Shown here: positions 38,729-48,758 of the stretch, in pieces
How the letters are laid out: the number at the start of each line of letters is the position of its first letter
How positions within the stretch are numbered: the stretch's first letter is position 1
Assembly: GCA_963717285.1 (NCBI GenBank)
Contig: CAVQVW010000004.1
Location: 28,494-92,493, forward strand
DNA from: an uncultured Thermoleophilia bacterium
GTDB taxonomy: Bacteria; Actinomycetota; Thermoleophilia; UBA2241
Direction of reading: 5' to 3'
Length of the DNA stretch: 64,000 nucleotides
The notes under the pieces: generated by a model
What the model was told of the DNA's origin: nothing
Seen by the model: the letters and a program-made list of their open reading frames with translations, nothing else
Databases searched by the model: none
Program-made: the position numbers and the translations under genes

Positions 38729-39475
38729 ATGACGGACCCCGCCGCGGCGCCGTTCGCGTCCACCGGAAGCCACCCCCGCATACTCGCCCTGCTCGACTAC
38801 GACGGCACGGTCACGACCCGGGAGTGCAACGAGATCGTCTTCCAGCGCCTCGTCGGCGACGCCTGGCGCCCCTTTGAGAACGAGGTGCGCGAAGGCCGCA
38901 TGAGTCACGCCGAATGCCTGCGACGACAGGTGGCGCTGGTCAGGGCGCCGCGAACAGAGTTCCTCGGCGCCCTGGTCGAGGCGGCCGAGCCGGTCCCGGG
39001 TCTGGCGGCGTTCTTCAGCGCGCTCGCAGAGCGCGGCGGCCACGCCGCCATCGTCAGCGCCGGCTTTCGCGAAGCGATCGAGTCCTTCTGGCACCGCGAG
39101 AAGCTGGCCCCTCTCGACACCTACGCGGGCGAACTCGTCGCAGGCGGCCCGAACGACGGTCCACCGCTCGGCATCGCCTTCAACGCAGCGTTCGGTGACT
39201 GCCCGCGCTGCGGTCCCGCCTCGTGCAAGGCGGCCGTGTTGAGAGCCCTTCGCCGCCCCGCCGACGTCGTTCTGGTCTTCGGCGATGGCGCCGGCGACCT
39301 CTGCATGGCTCGCGAAGCCGACCTCACGTTCGCGCGCGGCTTCCTCGCGCGGCGCTGTGAGGCCGAGGGCCTCCAATGGCGGCAGCTGCCAGACTACGAG
39401 GCCGTCTGGGCCCAGGTAGACACGTGGCTCAAGCACCGCGCCGTCCCGCGTGGCGAGCTCGTGCCGCCGACCTGA
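38729..39475 (+). CDS. HAD-IB phosphatase (MtnX-like)
   Basis: LLDYDGTVT, IVSAG, CK, FGDGAGDLCMAREAD. Confidence 0.85.
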   Translation: MTDPAAAPFASTGSHPRILALLDYDGTVTTRECNEIVFQRLVGDAWRPFENEVREGRMSHAECLRRQVALVRAPRTEFLGALVEAAEPVPGLAAFFSALAERGGHAAIVSAGFREAIESFWHREKLAPLDTYAGELVAGGPNDGPPLGIAFNAAFGDCPRCGPASCKAAVLRALRRPADVVLVFGDGAGDLCMAREADLTFARGFLARRCEAEGLQWRQLPDYEAVWAQVDTWLKHRAVPRGELVPPT

Positions 39476-39584
39476 GCGGCTTTCTGAGCCGCCGCCCATC
39501 ACGTATCATGTCGGCGGCCACGCGGCCCCGCGCCAAACGCACGAGCACCATGCGGCCGCTCCTCCTTCTCCATCCGGGTGACGC

Positions 39585-40004
39585 GTGAGACGACGGCTGA
39601 AGCGCAGCGGCAGACAGTTCGTGAAATTCGCCATCGTGGGCGGGGTCGGCACCGTCGTCAACCTCATCGTCCTCACGCTGAGTCTCAGCATCTGGGAGCA
39701 GTTCAACGCCACGACGCCGTTCGTGGTCGAGGTCTTGGCCAGCGGACTCGCGTTCCTCGTCGCCGTCGTCAACAACTTCCTCTTCAACCGCTGGTGGACG
39801 TTCCGCTCGACCGGCCCAGCTCACGTCGAGTTCGGCAAGTTCCTCACTGTGAGCCTCGCGGGCCTCGGCCTCAACACGCTCGCCTTCTCGCTCTTCCGTG
39901 GCCAGGTGGGCCTGCCGGTGCTCCTCAGCCAACTCCTGGCGATAGGCTGTGTCCTGCCTTTCAACTTCCTCGTGAACAAGTTCTGGAGCTTCCGCAGCGC
40001 GTGA
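39585..40004 (+). CDS. GtrA family protein
   Basis: QFVKFAIVGGVGT...NNFLFNRWWTF...NFLVNKFWSF. Confidence 0.9.
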   Translation: MRRRLKRSGRQFVKFAIVGGVGTVVNLIVLTLSLSIWEQFNATTPFVVEVLASGLAFLVAVVNNFLFNRWWTFRSTGPAHVEFGKFLTVSLAGLGLNTLAFSLFRGQVGLPVLLSQLLAIGCVLPFNFLVNKFWSFRSA

Positions 40005-41308
40005 ACGCCCTCTCGCATCGCAGCAGCCTCCACCCACTGAACGCCGCTCTGGTCGTGCTCCTGAGCACCAGCCTGACGCTCGTCGTGCTCCTGTTCCTGC
40101 TCCCCAATCTCTGGTACGGGCTGCACGACATCAGCGATATCCCCGTCTACCACGATTACGCCGACAGGATCGCGATCGGCGAGACGCCCTTCGCCGACGA
40201 CTTCAGGATCGAGTACCCACCGCTCGCCGTCCCTCTGTTTCGGCTCCCCGGCCACGTCGAGGACTTCACCCTGTACGCAAGGTGGTTCAGCACGTGGATG
40301 GGGGTCCTGACGCTCGCCGCCGCCGCTCTCACAGCGTTTGTCGCCAGCCGCCTCTGGCCCAGCGGACGGCGCGCCTATGCGGCGGCAGTACTCTTTCCCG
40401 TCGGCGTGGGATTGACGGGAGCGATCATCGTCAATCGCTACGATGTGGCGGTGGCGCTGGTCGTCGCCGCACTCCTCGTCTGTCTCGTCCAGCGTTGGTA
40501 CGCGGGCGCCGCCCTCGTCCTCGGAGTAGGCTTCGCCCTCAAGATCACACCGGCGGCGATCCTCCCGCTCGTCTTGATCTTCGCCGGCCCACCGCGACGA
40601 TGGCTCTGGCCGATCGCCGCGTTCACGGTCGCCGCCCTGGCGCCCTTCCTTCAGTATCTGCTGGCCTCACCACGCGGCGTCTGGCACGTCTTCCAGTACC
40701 ACATCGAGCGACCGCTGCAGATCGAGAGCGTCCTCGGCACCCCCATGCTCGTGGGCCAGCTCCTCGGCGCCAACTGGGCGGAGGCCGGGCACAGTCACGG
40801 ATCGCACAGCCTCGTGGCGCCGGGGGCCGAGCTCGCCGCAGCCGCATCGGGAGCCCTCACGTTGCTGGCCGTGCTCGCCGTCTACGCTCTGGTATGGCGA
40901 CGTCGCCGACGCCTCCGAGACACCCGCCAGGACCAAGTGCTCGCCGTACTCGCCCTGATTCTCGCGCTGATGACGTTCAGCAAGGTGCTGTCGCCACAGT
41001 ACGTCATCTGGCTTCTGCCGGCCTGGGCGCTGGTCGGCGCCGGCGACCGTGTCTTGGCGATCCTCGGCGGTCTCCTGCTTCTGCTCACGCAGATCGAATT
41101 CCCCGCGCTCTACTCAGACCTGCTCAGGATGGAACCCGGAGCGCTGACCGTCGTCATCGTGCGCAACGCCCTGTTGCTTCTCTTCTTCGCCGTCACGTGC
41201 TGGCGACTGTCGAAGCTCCCGAAGAGCGCAGAGGCCAGTCGCGAGCAATCTCTACGCTCGCTGACCGCGCCTCCGACCGAACGACGTGCGGTGCCACCAG
41301 TCGCGTAG
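40001..41308 (+). CDS. GT87/DUF2029 (GT-C) membrane glycosyltransferase
   Basis: DIPVY...EYPPLA...RYD...KITP...RPLQIES...KVLSPQYVIW. Confidence 0.8.
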   Translation: MNALSHRSSLHPLNAALVVLLSTSLTLVVLLFLLPNLWYGLHDISDIPVYHDYADRIAIGETPFADDFRIEYPPLAVPLFRLPGHVEDFTLYARWFSTWMGVLTLAAAALTAFVASRLWPSGRRAYAAAVLFPVGVGLTGAIIVNRYDVAVALVVAALLVCLVQRWYAGAALVLGVGFALKITPAAILPLVLIFAGPPRRWLWPIAAFTVAALAPFLQYLLASPRGVWHVFQYHIERPLQIESVLGTPMLVGQLLGANWAEAGHSHGSHSLVAPGAELAAAASGALTLLAVLAVYALVWRRRRRLRDTRQDQVLAVLALILALMTFSKVLSPQYVIWLLPAWALVGAGDRVLAILGGLLLLLTQIEFPALYSDLLRMEPGALTVVIVRNALLLLFFAVTCWRLSKLPKSAEASREQSLRSLTAPPTERRAVPPVA

Positions 41309-42031
41309 CACGAGAACGATGAAGCGGCCGTTGTGCCGCGAGTAGCGACGCCAGAGACGACGCGGCTCGCACGCCAGTCGAAAGACCCATTCCAGCCCCA
41401 GGCGCTGCATCCATCTGGGCGCCGTCCTCACGCTGCCCGAGAGCATGTCGAAAGCGGCGCCCACCCCCACCATGACACAGTCGAGGCGCTCGCGATGGGC
41501 GAACATCCACTGCTCCTGGCGAGGGCAGCCTAGACTCACGAACAGCAGCTGGACGCCGGCCGCCTCGATCGCGGCGACGGCGTCCTCGTCCTCGCTGGAC
41601 GTGAGCTCGCGGAATGGGGGAGACCAGCAGTAGCTCACGTCGAGCGCCGGATCGCGGGAGAGCAGTCGGCGCCTGACCTCTTCGAGCACCTCTGGTCGGC
41701 CGCCGTAGAGCCCCACACGGAGTCCCCTGCGTGCAGCAAGGGAAGTGGCGGCCATCATCACGTCCAGCCCCCGTGCCTGGCGTGCGTCCCGGACGCCCTG
41801 AAGGCGGCACGCCCACACCAGCGGTCGTCCATCGCAAACCGTGAGGTCGGCGGCCGCAAGATGAGCGGCGAACGAGGGTTCATCCCATGCGTCCATGACC
41901 ATGTGCACGTTGGCGGCGCAGACCACACGGCCCCCGCCGTCGGCGGCCCAGGCCCCGATCACGCTGCTCGCCTCATCGACGCTGACGGGCAGCACGAGGG
42001 TCTCGAGAATGCGCACGGACTGGAGCGTCAT
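41252..42031 (-). CDS. WecB/TagA/CpsF family glycosyltransferase (GT26)
   Basis: ANVH, DGRPLVW, GLDVM, SPPFR, LGCPRQE, GVGAAFD, RAPRWMQRLGLEWVFRL..EPRRLWRRY. Confidence 0.93.
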   Translation of the reverse strand: MTLQSVRILETLVLPVSVDEASSVIGAWAADGGGRVVCAANVHMVMDAWDEPSFAAHLAAADLTVCDGRPLVWACRLQGVRDARQARGLDVMMAATSLAARRGLRVGLYGGRPEVLEEVRRRLLSRDPALDVSYCWSPPFRELTSSEDEDAVAAIEAAGVQLLFVSLGCPRQEQWMFAHRERLDCVMVGVGAAFDMLSGSVRTAPRWMQRLGLEWVFRLACEPRRLWRRYSRHNGRFIVLVLRDWWHRTSFGRRRGQRA

Positions 42032-43146
42032 GACGTATGCGGGCAGCTCGCCGCCGCGGTCCACATGACATGGGCATACGGCGGCATGACACGGTCGGGG
42101 GCGAACGTAGCGACCTTCGCCAAGTTCGCCCTGCCCATCTGCTCGCGCAATGTCTCGTCGTCCAGCAGCCGCTTGATCTCCTCGGCGAGCACCTCCGGCC
42201 GCCGCGGCGGCACGAACAGGACGTGCTCCCCCTGGACCAGGTGGTCTGCGCAACCTCTGATGCGTGTGGTGATGACGGGCAGGCTGTACCCCATCGCCTC
42301 AGTCACCGCCACGGGGAAACCCTCGAAGTAGGACGGCAGCACGAACACGTCCGCCTCCCGATACACACGGTCGAGATCGGCGCCATTCACGTACCCCAGC
42401 AACTCGACCGAGTCGTCGATACCCATGAGACTCGCGCGCCTTGCCAGCTCCTCAGCGGCGGGTCCGCGACCCGCGATCACCAGCCGACAGGGCCGCTCGC
42501 GGCGCACCATGACGAACGCGTCCAGCAGGTCGAACACGCCCTTCTCCGGGGTCAGCCGCGCGACCGTCAGCAATGTCGGCGTGTGGCCCGCCGGCCGCGG
42601 TTCGCGCACGAACCCCGGGACAGCCGGCACGAACGGGTTCACCACGACCTCGTACGACACGTCGGATGCGAAGCGCTGCCATTCGACCTGCTCTTCCGTG
42701 GACAGCAGCAGGACCACGGCGGCGCGCCGTGCCAGGATCCGCGACAGCGCCTTCAGCAACCTGTTGCCCTTTCCCTCCAGCCGATTCGACTGGCTTCCGT
42801 GGAGGTGCACGACGAGCGGCGGCCGGCCAGAGCGAACGCTCAGAGCGAGTGGAACGTCGCGAAGAAGGCCGCGCCAGTTGTGCGACGTCGCCACGTAGAC
42901 GACGTCGGGCCGCAACGAGCGGAGGCGGCGGTGCACGCGCAACAGGTCGCTGGCCCGACCGAGCACCTTGGCCGGCAGCGGCTCATGTCCCGCGGTATGC
43001 GCGCTCCAACCCGCGATGGCGACCTCACACCCACAACGTCGCAGACCGTCGGCCATCAGCGGCGCCAGTTTCGGCAGCGGACCACCGATGGCGGGGAACC
43101 CGGTGAGCATGAGGACACGCAGAGGCCGCGACCCGCGACCACTCAC
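42028..43146 (-). CDS. GT4 family glycosyltransferase
   Basis: ARLTPEKG...ADVFVLPSYFEGFPVAVTEAMG. Confidence 0.9.
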   Translation of the reverse strand: MSGRGSRPLRVLMLTGFPAIGGPLPKLAPLMADGLRRCGCEVAIAGWSAHTAGHEPLPAKVLGRASDLLRVHRRLRSLRPDVVYVATSHNWRGLLRDVPLALSVRSGRPPLVVHLHGSQSNRLEGKGNRLLKALSRILARRAAVVLLLSTEEQVEWQRFASDVSYEVVVNPFVPAVPGFVREPRPAGHTPTLLTVARLTPEKGVFDLLDAFVMVRRERPCRLVIAGRGPAAEELARRASLMGIDDSVELLGYVNGADLDRVYREADVFVLPSYFEGFPVAVTEAMGYSLPVITTRIRGCADHLVQGEHVLFVPPRRPEVLAEEIKRLLDDETLREQMGRANLAKVATFAPDRVMPPYAHVMWTAAASCPHTS

Positions 43147-44867
43147 TCAGGCCCTCCTCGGGGATTGACAGGGGCGACGGGCTTCGCGGGCTGTCGGCCG
43201 CGCTCGCTGGCGTCGCCTTGAGCCGGTGCCGAGCGGTAGCCGTAGTAGCCTCCGCGCCGCTTGGCCACGACCTCAATGAGACCAAGCTTGCGGCACGGAA
43301 GAGGCGCGATCTGCGCGCGCGCCTGCTGAAGCGCCGGCCGTTTGACGAGCTCCGCGTTGACGATGAAGAGCATCGCATCGACATTGGGTGCGATGGCTGC
43401 CGCATCCCCCACCGGGAGCATGGCCGGCGTGTCCACCAGCACGAGATCCGCTTCGCCGGCCAGTTCTTCGAGGATATCCCCGAAGCGATGCGAAGCCACG
43501 ACCTCGCCTGGGTTGGGAGGCAGCGGACCGCTTGTCAACACGCGCAGAATGGGCGCGTCGCCGTTCGCGTCCGGCCATAGCCAGTCGCTCGCGCTGCTCC
43601 CACCATCGTCCTGCCCCGAGGGGTCCTTGAGCGTCCGCACTGCCCCAGTCTTGACCTCGTCGGCGGTCATGACCGTCGCGCCGTTCTGCCGAGGGCTCGA
43701 GGTGAGCGCGACCGAGACAAGGGCGTGCCTTGTGTCCGCCTTGCGTGCCAGCACCGACGAGAGGCCGACCGCGTTCTTCAATCCCATGTACGTATGGACC
43801 TTCGGGCTGCGCAGGTCCGCGTCGACCAAGATGACGTGCTTGCCGGCGAGAGCCATCGAGACCGCGAGGTTGCAGGCGGTCACGCTCTTGCCTTCGGCCT
43901 GCAGTGAGCTGGAGATCATGATGCTGCGGATGTCATCGTCTATGTTGACGAAGTCGAGGTTGTTGCGCAGAAGGCGATAGGCCTCCGCCATGGGCCCCGA
44001 CGGATTGGAGACCGTCTGCAGCACGCCCTTCTCGCGGTTCTTGCGTGACACCGGGGGAACATCGCCCATGACGGGGAGGCCGAGTAGCTCGGACATCTGT
44101 TCCCCGCCACTGACGCGCGTGTTGAACTGCTCGAGGAGAAACGCGAGTCCGATGCCGAGCACCAGCCCCGCCACAAGCGAGAGGATGACGCCGCGCTGCT
44201 TGTCCGGCTCGAATGGTGCGGAGGCCGGCACGGCCGCCGTGATCGTTCGGAAGCTGCCGGTCGAGCTTGCCTCGAGGAGCTCGAGCTGCTGCAGGGTGGA
44301 GAGGAGGGATTGGTACTCGCTGGTGCCTCGCTGGGTCTGGCCGAGAGCAGCGAGTTGTCCCTCGACGACGGCGATCGCCTCGCTGACCTGGCCGCGAGCA
44401 CTGCTGCGACCCCAGGCCAGGAAGGCGGCGGCGTACGCGTTGGCAGCGTCAGCGGCCGCCTTGGGGTCTGGGGAGGCGCCGACGATGCTCACGATGTTGG
44501 AGTAGGCGTCCTGAACGCCCGGCGTCAACTCGGCATCGACGCTGTAGCCCGCTTGAAGAGTCGATTCATCCATCAGCTCACGGGCGTCGGCCGCCACCTT
44601 GGAGCTGGCGATTACGGCAGGCACGCTCTCGATCTCGGCCTGCTGCGCCGTTCTGTCGATGAACGACTGCGAGAGCGGGTTGGCGATGTCGATCGACTTC
44701 ACGTAGATCAACTGCGCTGTGGACGAGTACATCGGCGTCCGGGTCCACGTATACGCGATGCCCGCGGCCGTCACGACGATGACGACCGCGATGACGAGGC
44801 GCTTCCACCGCGCCAGCACGCGCAGGTAGGCGTGCAGAGAGAGTCCGTCGCTAGCTTGTTCCGTCAT
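43143..44867 (-). CDS. Wzc-like polysaccharide co-polymerase / tyrosine autokinase
   Basis: Wzz N-terminus, AEAYRLLRNNL, Walker A EGKS, VDADLRSP, VDTPA, C-terminal GGYYGY. Confidence 0.9.
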   Translation of the reverse strand: MTEQASDGLSLHAYLRVLARWKRLVIAVVIVVTAAGIAYTWTRTPMYSSTAQLIYVKSIDIANPLSQSFIDRTAQQAEIESVPAVIASSKVAADARELMDESTLQAGYSVDAELTPGVQDAYSNIVSIVGASPDPKAAADAANAYAAAFLAWGRSSARGQVSEAIAVVEGQLAALGQTQRGTSEYQSLLSTLQQLELLEASSTGSFRTITAAVPASAPFEPDKQRGVILSLVAGLVLGIGLAFLLEQFNTRVSGGEQMSELLGLPVMGDVPPVSRKNREKGVLQTVSNPSGPMAEAYRLLRNNLDFVNIDDDIRSIMISSSLQAEGKSVTACNLAVSMALAGKHVILVDADLRSPKVHTYMGLKNAVGLSSVLARKADTRHALVSVALTSSPRQNGATVMTADEVKTGAVRTLKDPSGQDDGGSSASDWLWPDANGDAPILRVLTSGPLPPNPGEVVASHRFGDILEELAGEADLVLVDTPAMLPVGDAAAIAPNVDAMLFIVNAELVKRPALQQARAQIAPLPCRKLGLIEVVAKRRGGYYGYRSAPAQGDASERGRQPAKPVAPVNPRGGPE

Positions 44868-44907
44868 CCCGCCCTCTCGTAGTCACTGTTCGAATGCCCA
44901 AGTGCTC

Positions 44908-46260
44908 TCACTCCCTCACCGGGGCGCCTGCCCCAAGGATATCGGCAAGAGCCGCACGAGTGTGAACCCCGACCTCAGCAAGCTCGGAAGGCCGCGCCTG
45001 CGCAATGATCTCGGCGTAGACCTCGATTGTTCGGGCGACCACCGCGGACGGCTCGTTCCTCCGCTGCGCTGTGAGCCGGGCGGCTGCACCCAGACGGACG
45101 GCGAGGCCGCGATCGCCCAGGACTCGCAGGAGGGCCGCGGCCAAGGCGCGCTCGTCTCCGCGCTCGACCAGCAGGCCCTCGTCGCCGTCCTCGATGAGCG
45201 TGGGGATGCCGCCGACGCGCGTCGCGACGATCGGCGTCCCGACGAGCATCGCCTCGACGACCGCGTTCGGGCTGTTGTCCACGTGCGACGGGTAGGCGAA
45301 GACGTCGGCTCTCCGCAGCTCGGCCACGATGCCCTCGGGCCCCAGGCGCCCTAGCCACTCGACCTGCTCTTCGACGCCGAGCCGCCGAACCACGCTGCGG
45401 TAGAGACCGTCGACCTCCGACCCCGGCTCCACTCCTGCGATGCGCAGCCTCACGTCGGAACGACCCCATGCCCGAAGGATCCGCAGGGCGGCCAGAAGAC
45501 ACTCTGTCCCCTTCCCCAGCATGGCGCTGGACGTCGAGTAGATAGTCGGGCCACCACGCCTGGAGGGCTCCCACTGCGCCGCGTAGAACTCCGGGCGGAT
45601 CACCTCATCGCAGTGGAAGTACTGCGCCCCGGGGTTCCTGTCGGCGAGCATCCGCCGATCCCACTCGGTGCGCCCGATGAACCAGCGGCCGCAGTGCAGG
45701 ATGCAGGCTTCGCGCAGCGCCTGGCGCCGCAGCACGACATACCGATGAACGACACCGCGCCCCTTGAGGAACTCGGCGCTCGCGATGAGCCGCGCGATCT
45801 CCCGCCGGGAGCGACCTGCGAAGTACGCTTGCTCGTAGGCGCCGAGGATGCCTTGCAGAGAGATGACGAACGGCACCGGGGCGAGATGCGTTGCGAGCAA
45901 GCCGAACGCGCCCTCCGTCCCGTGCACGTGAACGATATCCGGCTTGAGTTCGCGCACGAGCGCTGCGGCGGCCACAAGACTCTCGTGCGGCGGGAGCTGG
46001 TGGCGCCAGCCATGGGCGATGCGAGCGACGCGGGACCTGGCCGGGCGCGCGCCCGGCACGTCCAGGTAGAGCAGCCCATCCTCCTCGAACGGCGCAAACG
46101 CTCGCTCGCCCGGTGTCGCGATCGCCAGCTCGACGCCGGCTTGGGCCTTGAGCAGCTGGGCCAGGGCGTCGACCCAGGCCTGAGGCCCGGGGAAGTCGGG
46201 CAGGCCGAGACGCCGGCGAACCGGTTGAGGCTGCCAGTCCGTGAACCAGAGGACCCTCAC
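44908..46260 (-). CDS. GT4 family glycosyltransferase
   Basis: PDIVHVHGTE, KG, PSHVDNSPNAVVEAM. Confidence 0.88.
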   Translation of the reverse strand: MRVLWFTDWQPQPVRRRLGLPDFPGPQAWVDALAQLLKAQAGVELAIATPGERAFAPFEEDGLLYLDVPGARPARSRVARIAHGWRHQLPPHESLVAAAALVRELKPDIVHVHGTEGAFGLLATHLAPVPFVISLQGILGAYEQAYFAGRSRREIARLIASAEFLKGRGVVHRYVVLRRQALREACILHCGRWFIGRTEWDRRMLADRNPGAQYFHCDEVIRPEFYAAQWEPSRRGGPTIYSTSSAMLGKGTECLLAALRILRAWGRSDVRLRIAGVEPGSEVDGLYRSVVRRLGVEEQVEWLGRLGPEGIVAELRRADVFAYPSHVDNSPNAVVEAMLVGTPIVATRVGGIPTLIEDGDEGLLVERGDERALAAALLRVLGDRGLAVRLGAAARLTAQRRNEPSAVVARTIEVYAEIIAQARPSELAEVGVHTRAALADILGAGAPVRE

Positions 46261-47324
46261 GGGGACTCCCCGCCCCTCGGCAGGACACGTCGTTTCGCCG
46301 CTCCGGCGACCCGTCGCAGCTGTTTCAGCCGAAGATCTATGGGCTCGACCAACCTCAAGAACGACCTGGCCGCCACGTACGCCGGCGATCTCAAGAGCCG
46401 CGCCACATCGTCCATGGGCCTGGTCCGGATGCCGAGACGGCCCGCGACTATATCCGCGCCCATCGCCTCGATTTGAGGCGGCTGCGGCCCCTCGAAGCTC
46501 TGGAGCCAGCTTAGATACTGATAGGCATTGTGCACCCGATACGGGCGCTTCAGGGTGAGATAGGACTGCTCCAGCCAGCGACGCCCTTCCCCACCATCGA
46601 ACCAGCCGTCGAACATCGCCCAGTTCGAGTAGTACTCGACCTTCTCGATCGCCTGTTCGGGAAAGAGCAGGGAGTAGTGGTACATGACGACCCCCATCCC
46701 CGCCATGTCCCGGCCGGTCAGGTGATGCAGTTCGCGCGTGTCGCGACCCTCTTCGTCGGTCACCGTCGGAGGACGGTGGCTGGCGTACGAATACCCCGGG
46801 CCCCACCTGAACAGGCGATGGTAGTCGGCCGCGCCCCTGCGCAGGAACCAGCCGTCGGCCACGCAGCGGGGGCTGCCCCAGAACGTGTAGGTCGGGAACG
46901 TGACCGCGGTGATCGACGGTTCGGCGGCCAGAAGGGCGAGCATCTTCCACATGTCGCCGGGCAGGTAGAACTCATCGACGTCGACTTGCCAAAGGTAGTC
47001 GCCCGTGGCCCGCTTCGCGTAGGCCCGGCTCTGCTCGTCCTTCTCGCCCGGCCAGAAGCCATCCGGATGGCCGTCCTCCTCAGCCGTTACGATGGTCAGC
47101 TTGCCCTCGGGGTCCTCCTCGCGAGCGAACCGGTGGAGCTCGTCGACGGTACCGTCGCGCGAGTGCCCGTCGGCCGTGGCGATGCGGGCCGCGCCCGGCG
47201 CGGCGCCCTCCACGACGACGATCTGGTGTGCAAACGGGTAGAGCGACCGCAGGTTGTAGGGAAGAAAGGGCATGCCGTTCAGGACGATCATGCCGAAGGT
47301 CACCTGTGGCTTCACGGCTCCCAT
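46257..47324 (-). CDS. GT2-like glycosyltransferase
   Basis: FGMIVLNG...SRDGT...DYLWQVDVDEFY. Confidence 0.75.
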   Translation of the reverse strand: MGAVKPQVTFGMIVLNGMPFLPYNLRSLYPFAHQIVVVEGAAPGAARIATADGHSRDGTVDELHRFAREEDPEGKLTIVTAEEDGHPDGFWPGEKDEQSRAYAKRATGDYLWQVDVDEFYLPGDMWKMLALLAAEPSITAVTFPTYTFWGSPRCVADGWFLRRGAADYHRLFRWGPGYSYASHRPPTVTDEEGRDTRELHHLTGRDMAGMGVVMYHYSLLFPEQAIEKVEYYSNWAMFDGWFDGGEGRRWLEQSYLTLKRPYRVHNAYQYLSWLQSFEGPQPPQIEAMGADIVAGRLGIRTRPMDDVARLLRSPAYVAARSFLRLVEPIDLRLKQLRRVAGAAKRRVLPRGGESP

Positions 47325-48742
47325 CGCGCGGCCTCCGCAGCATCTTGTACCACACGCGCAGCGTCCCTGCGCCGCAGGAGGGTCTCGATTGGGCGCAGGG
47401 TGAGATAGGCGAAGTAGGCGTCCACTCGTCGTTCGCTGAACCCCGCAGCCTCGAGCGCACCGATGCCTCGCCGAAAGCCCTTCACCCAGCCGAGCCGCGC
47501 GAACGCCTCGTGAGTCAGTCCAAGTGGCCCGACCATTCGATTGATCCATCGCACGTACTCGGGGCGCACGGCCTCGCGCAGCAGCCGCTCACTGAGCGGT
47601 CGCAGCGGAACACGCCGCATCGCGCGGTAGTTGAGGAAGTTCCGCTCGTCGGCTGCGAACCTCTCCTTCTCGAGATCGAGCCCATGCTTCGCGAACACCT
47701 CGTGCTGCCAGCGACGCCCCTCCCGCTCCTTGCTGGGCAGGGTGAGCATCCGCATGGCGATGTCGATGTCGAGGAAGGGCGCCCGCGGCTGCAGTCCGAG
47801 CGCTGCCGGGACCGTGAGTAGGTACGACAGGAGCTGCATGCGCAGCCGCACGACCGTGAGCACCCTGGGCAGCACCTCGCGCCGTATTCGGGGCTGTTCG
47901 TCCAGCAGGCGGCGGAGTCCAAGACGCTCGCTCCAGAACTGGCTCATGCGCGAGTCCGCGCACATGTGGCCATAGCGGAACACCTCCAGCAGGTCCTCCG
48001 GGCTGTCCAGCGTCTCGATGACGCGGACCTCGGGGTCATCGCCGGCGAACCACTCGCCGCAGGCGCCCGAGAGGACCGCGGCGCCCGAGCCGACACGGGA
48101 GAGTATGTAACGGTAGAACTCGATGTGGTACATGCCGTGAGCGTGAGTGGAGACGCCGAACATGGCGTCCCAGTCGTCCAGGTAGTGGTGGAAGTCCCCG
48201 AGAGGGACCAGCTCCCAGCGGATACCGAGTCGACGCGCCACCTCGGCCGCCTTCACGGCCTCCATCGAGCGCGCGGGATCGTCGCTCACCCCGTAGGTGA
48301 AGGCCCGCACACGTGGCCGGTCCTCGAGAAGCAGGTCGATCATCCGCGAGTCGTGTCCACCGCTGGTAGGCACGACGATCTCGCCGGGGACGGCCGCGGC
48401 GGCGGAGTTGACCTTGGCCGTCATCACTTCGAGCAGTTCGTCTACACTGGTCTTGCGCTCGAGCCAGTCGAGGGCGGGATCCTCACCTTGCTCGACGCGC
48501 AGGCCGTCCGGTCCCGAGTACAGGCGCGACGAGTGGCGCAGGACGAGGACGTCGCGAACCGGCGTGCGCCCGAAGACCGAGAACCCGAAGTCGAGGTAGT
48601 CGTTGAACCCCTCAGGGTCGAACTCGAGGTTCGGCAGGTCGATGACCTCATTGATATTGTGGCTCGCGCTGCCCGTTCGGACGTTGTAGAAGCAGGGGCG
48701 TGAGGCGACCCAGTCGGACTCGTAGAGCAGCCGCTCCTGCAT
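47312..48742 (-). CDS. Asparagine-synthetase-like amide ligase lacking a glutaminase domain
   Basis: PTSGGHDSR (PP-loop), LSGACGE, APFLD; no N-terminal Cys2. Confidence 0.75.
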   Translation of the reverse strand: MQERLLYESDWVASRPCFYNVRTGSASHNINEVIDLPNLEFDPEGFNDYLDFGFSVFGRTPVRDVLVLRHSSRLYSGPDGLRVEQGEDPALDWLERKTSVDELLEVMTAKVNSAAAAVPGEIVVPTSGGHDSRMIDLLLEDRPRVRAFTYGVSDDPARSMEAVKAAEVARRLGIRWELVPLGDFHHYLDDWDAMFGVSTHAHGMYHIEFYRYILSRVGSGAAVLSGACGEWFAGDDPEVRVIETLDSPEDLLEVFRYGHMCADSRMSQFWSERLGLRRLLDEQPRIRREVLPRVLTVVRLRMQLLSYLLTVPAALGLQPRAPFLDIDIAMRMLTLPSKEREGRRWQHEVFAKHGLDLEKERFAADERNFLNYRAMRRVPLRPLSERLLREAVRPEYVRWINRMVGPLGLTHEAFARLGWVKGFRRGIGALEAAGFSERRVDAYFAYLTLRPIETLLRRRDAARVVQDAAEAARWEP

Positions 48743-48758
48743 GGGCGCCGAGATCCCC

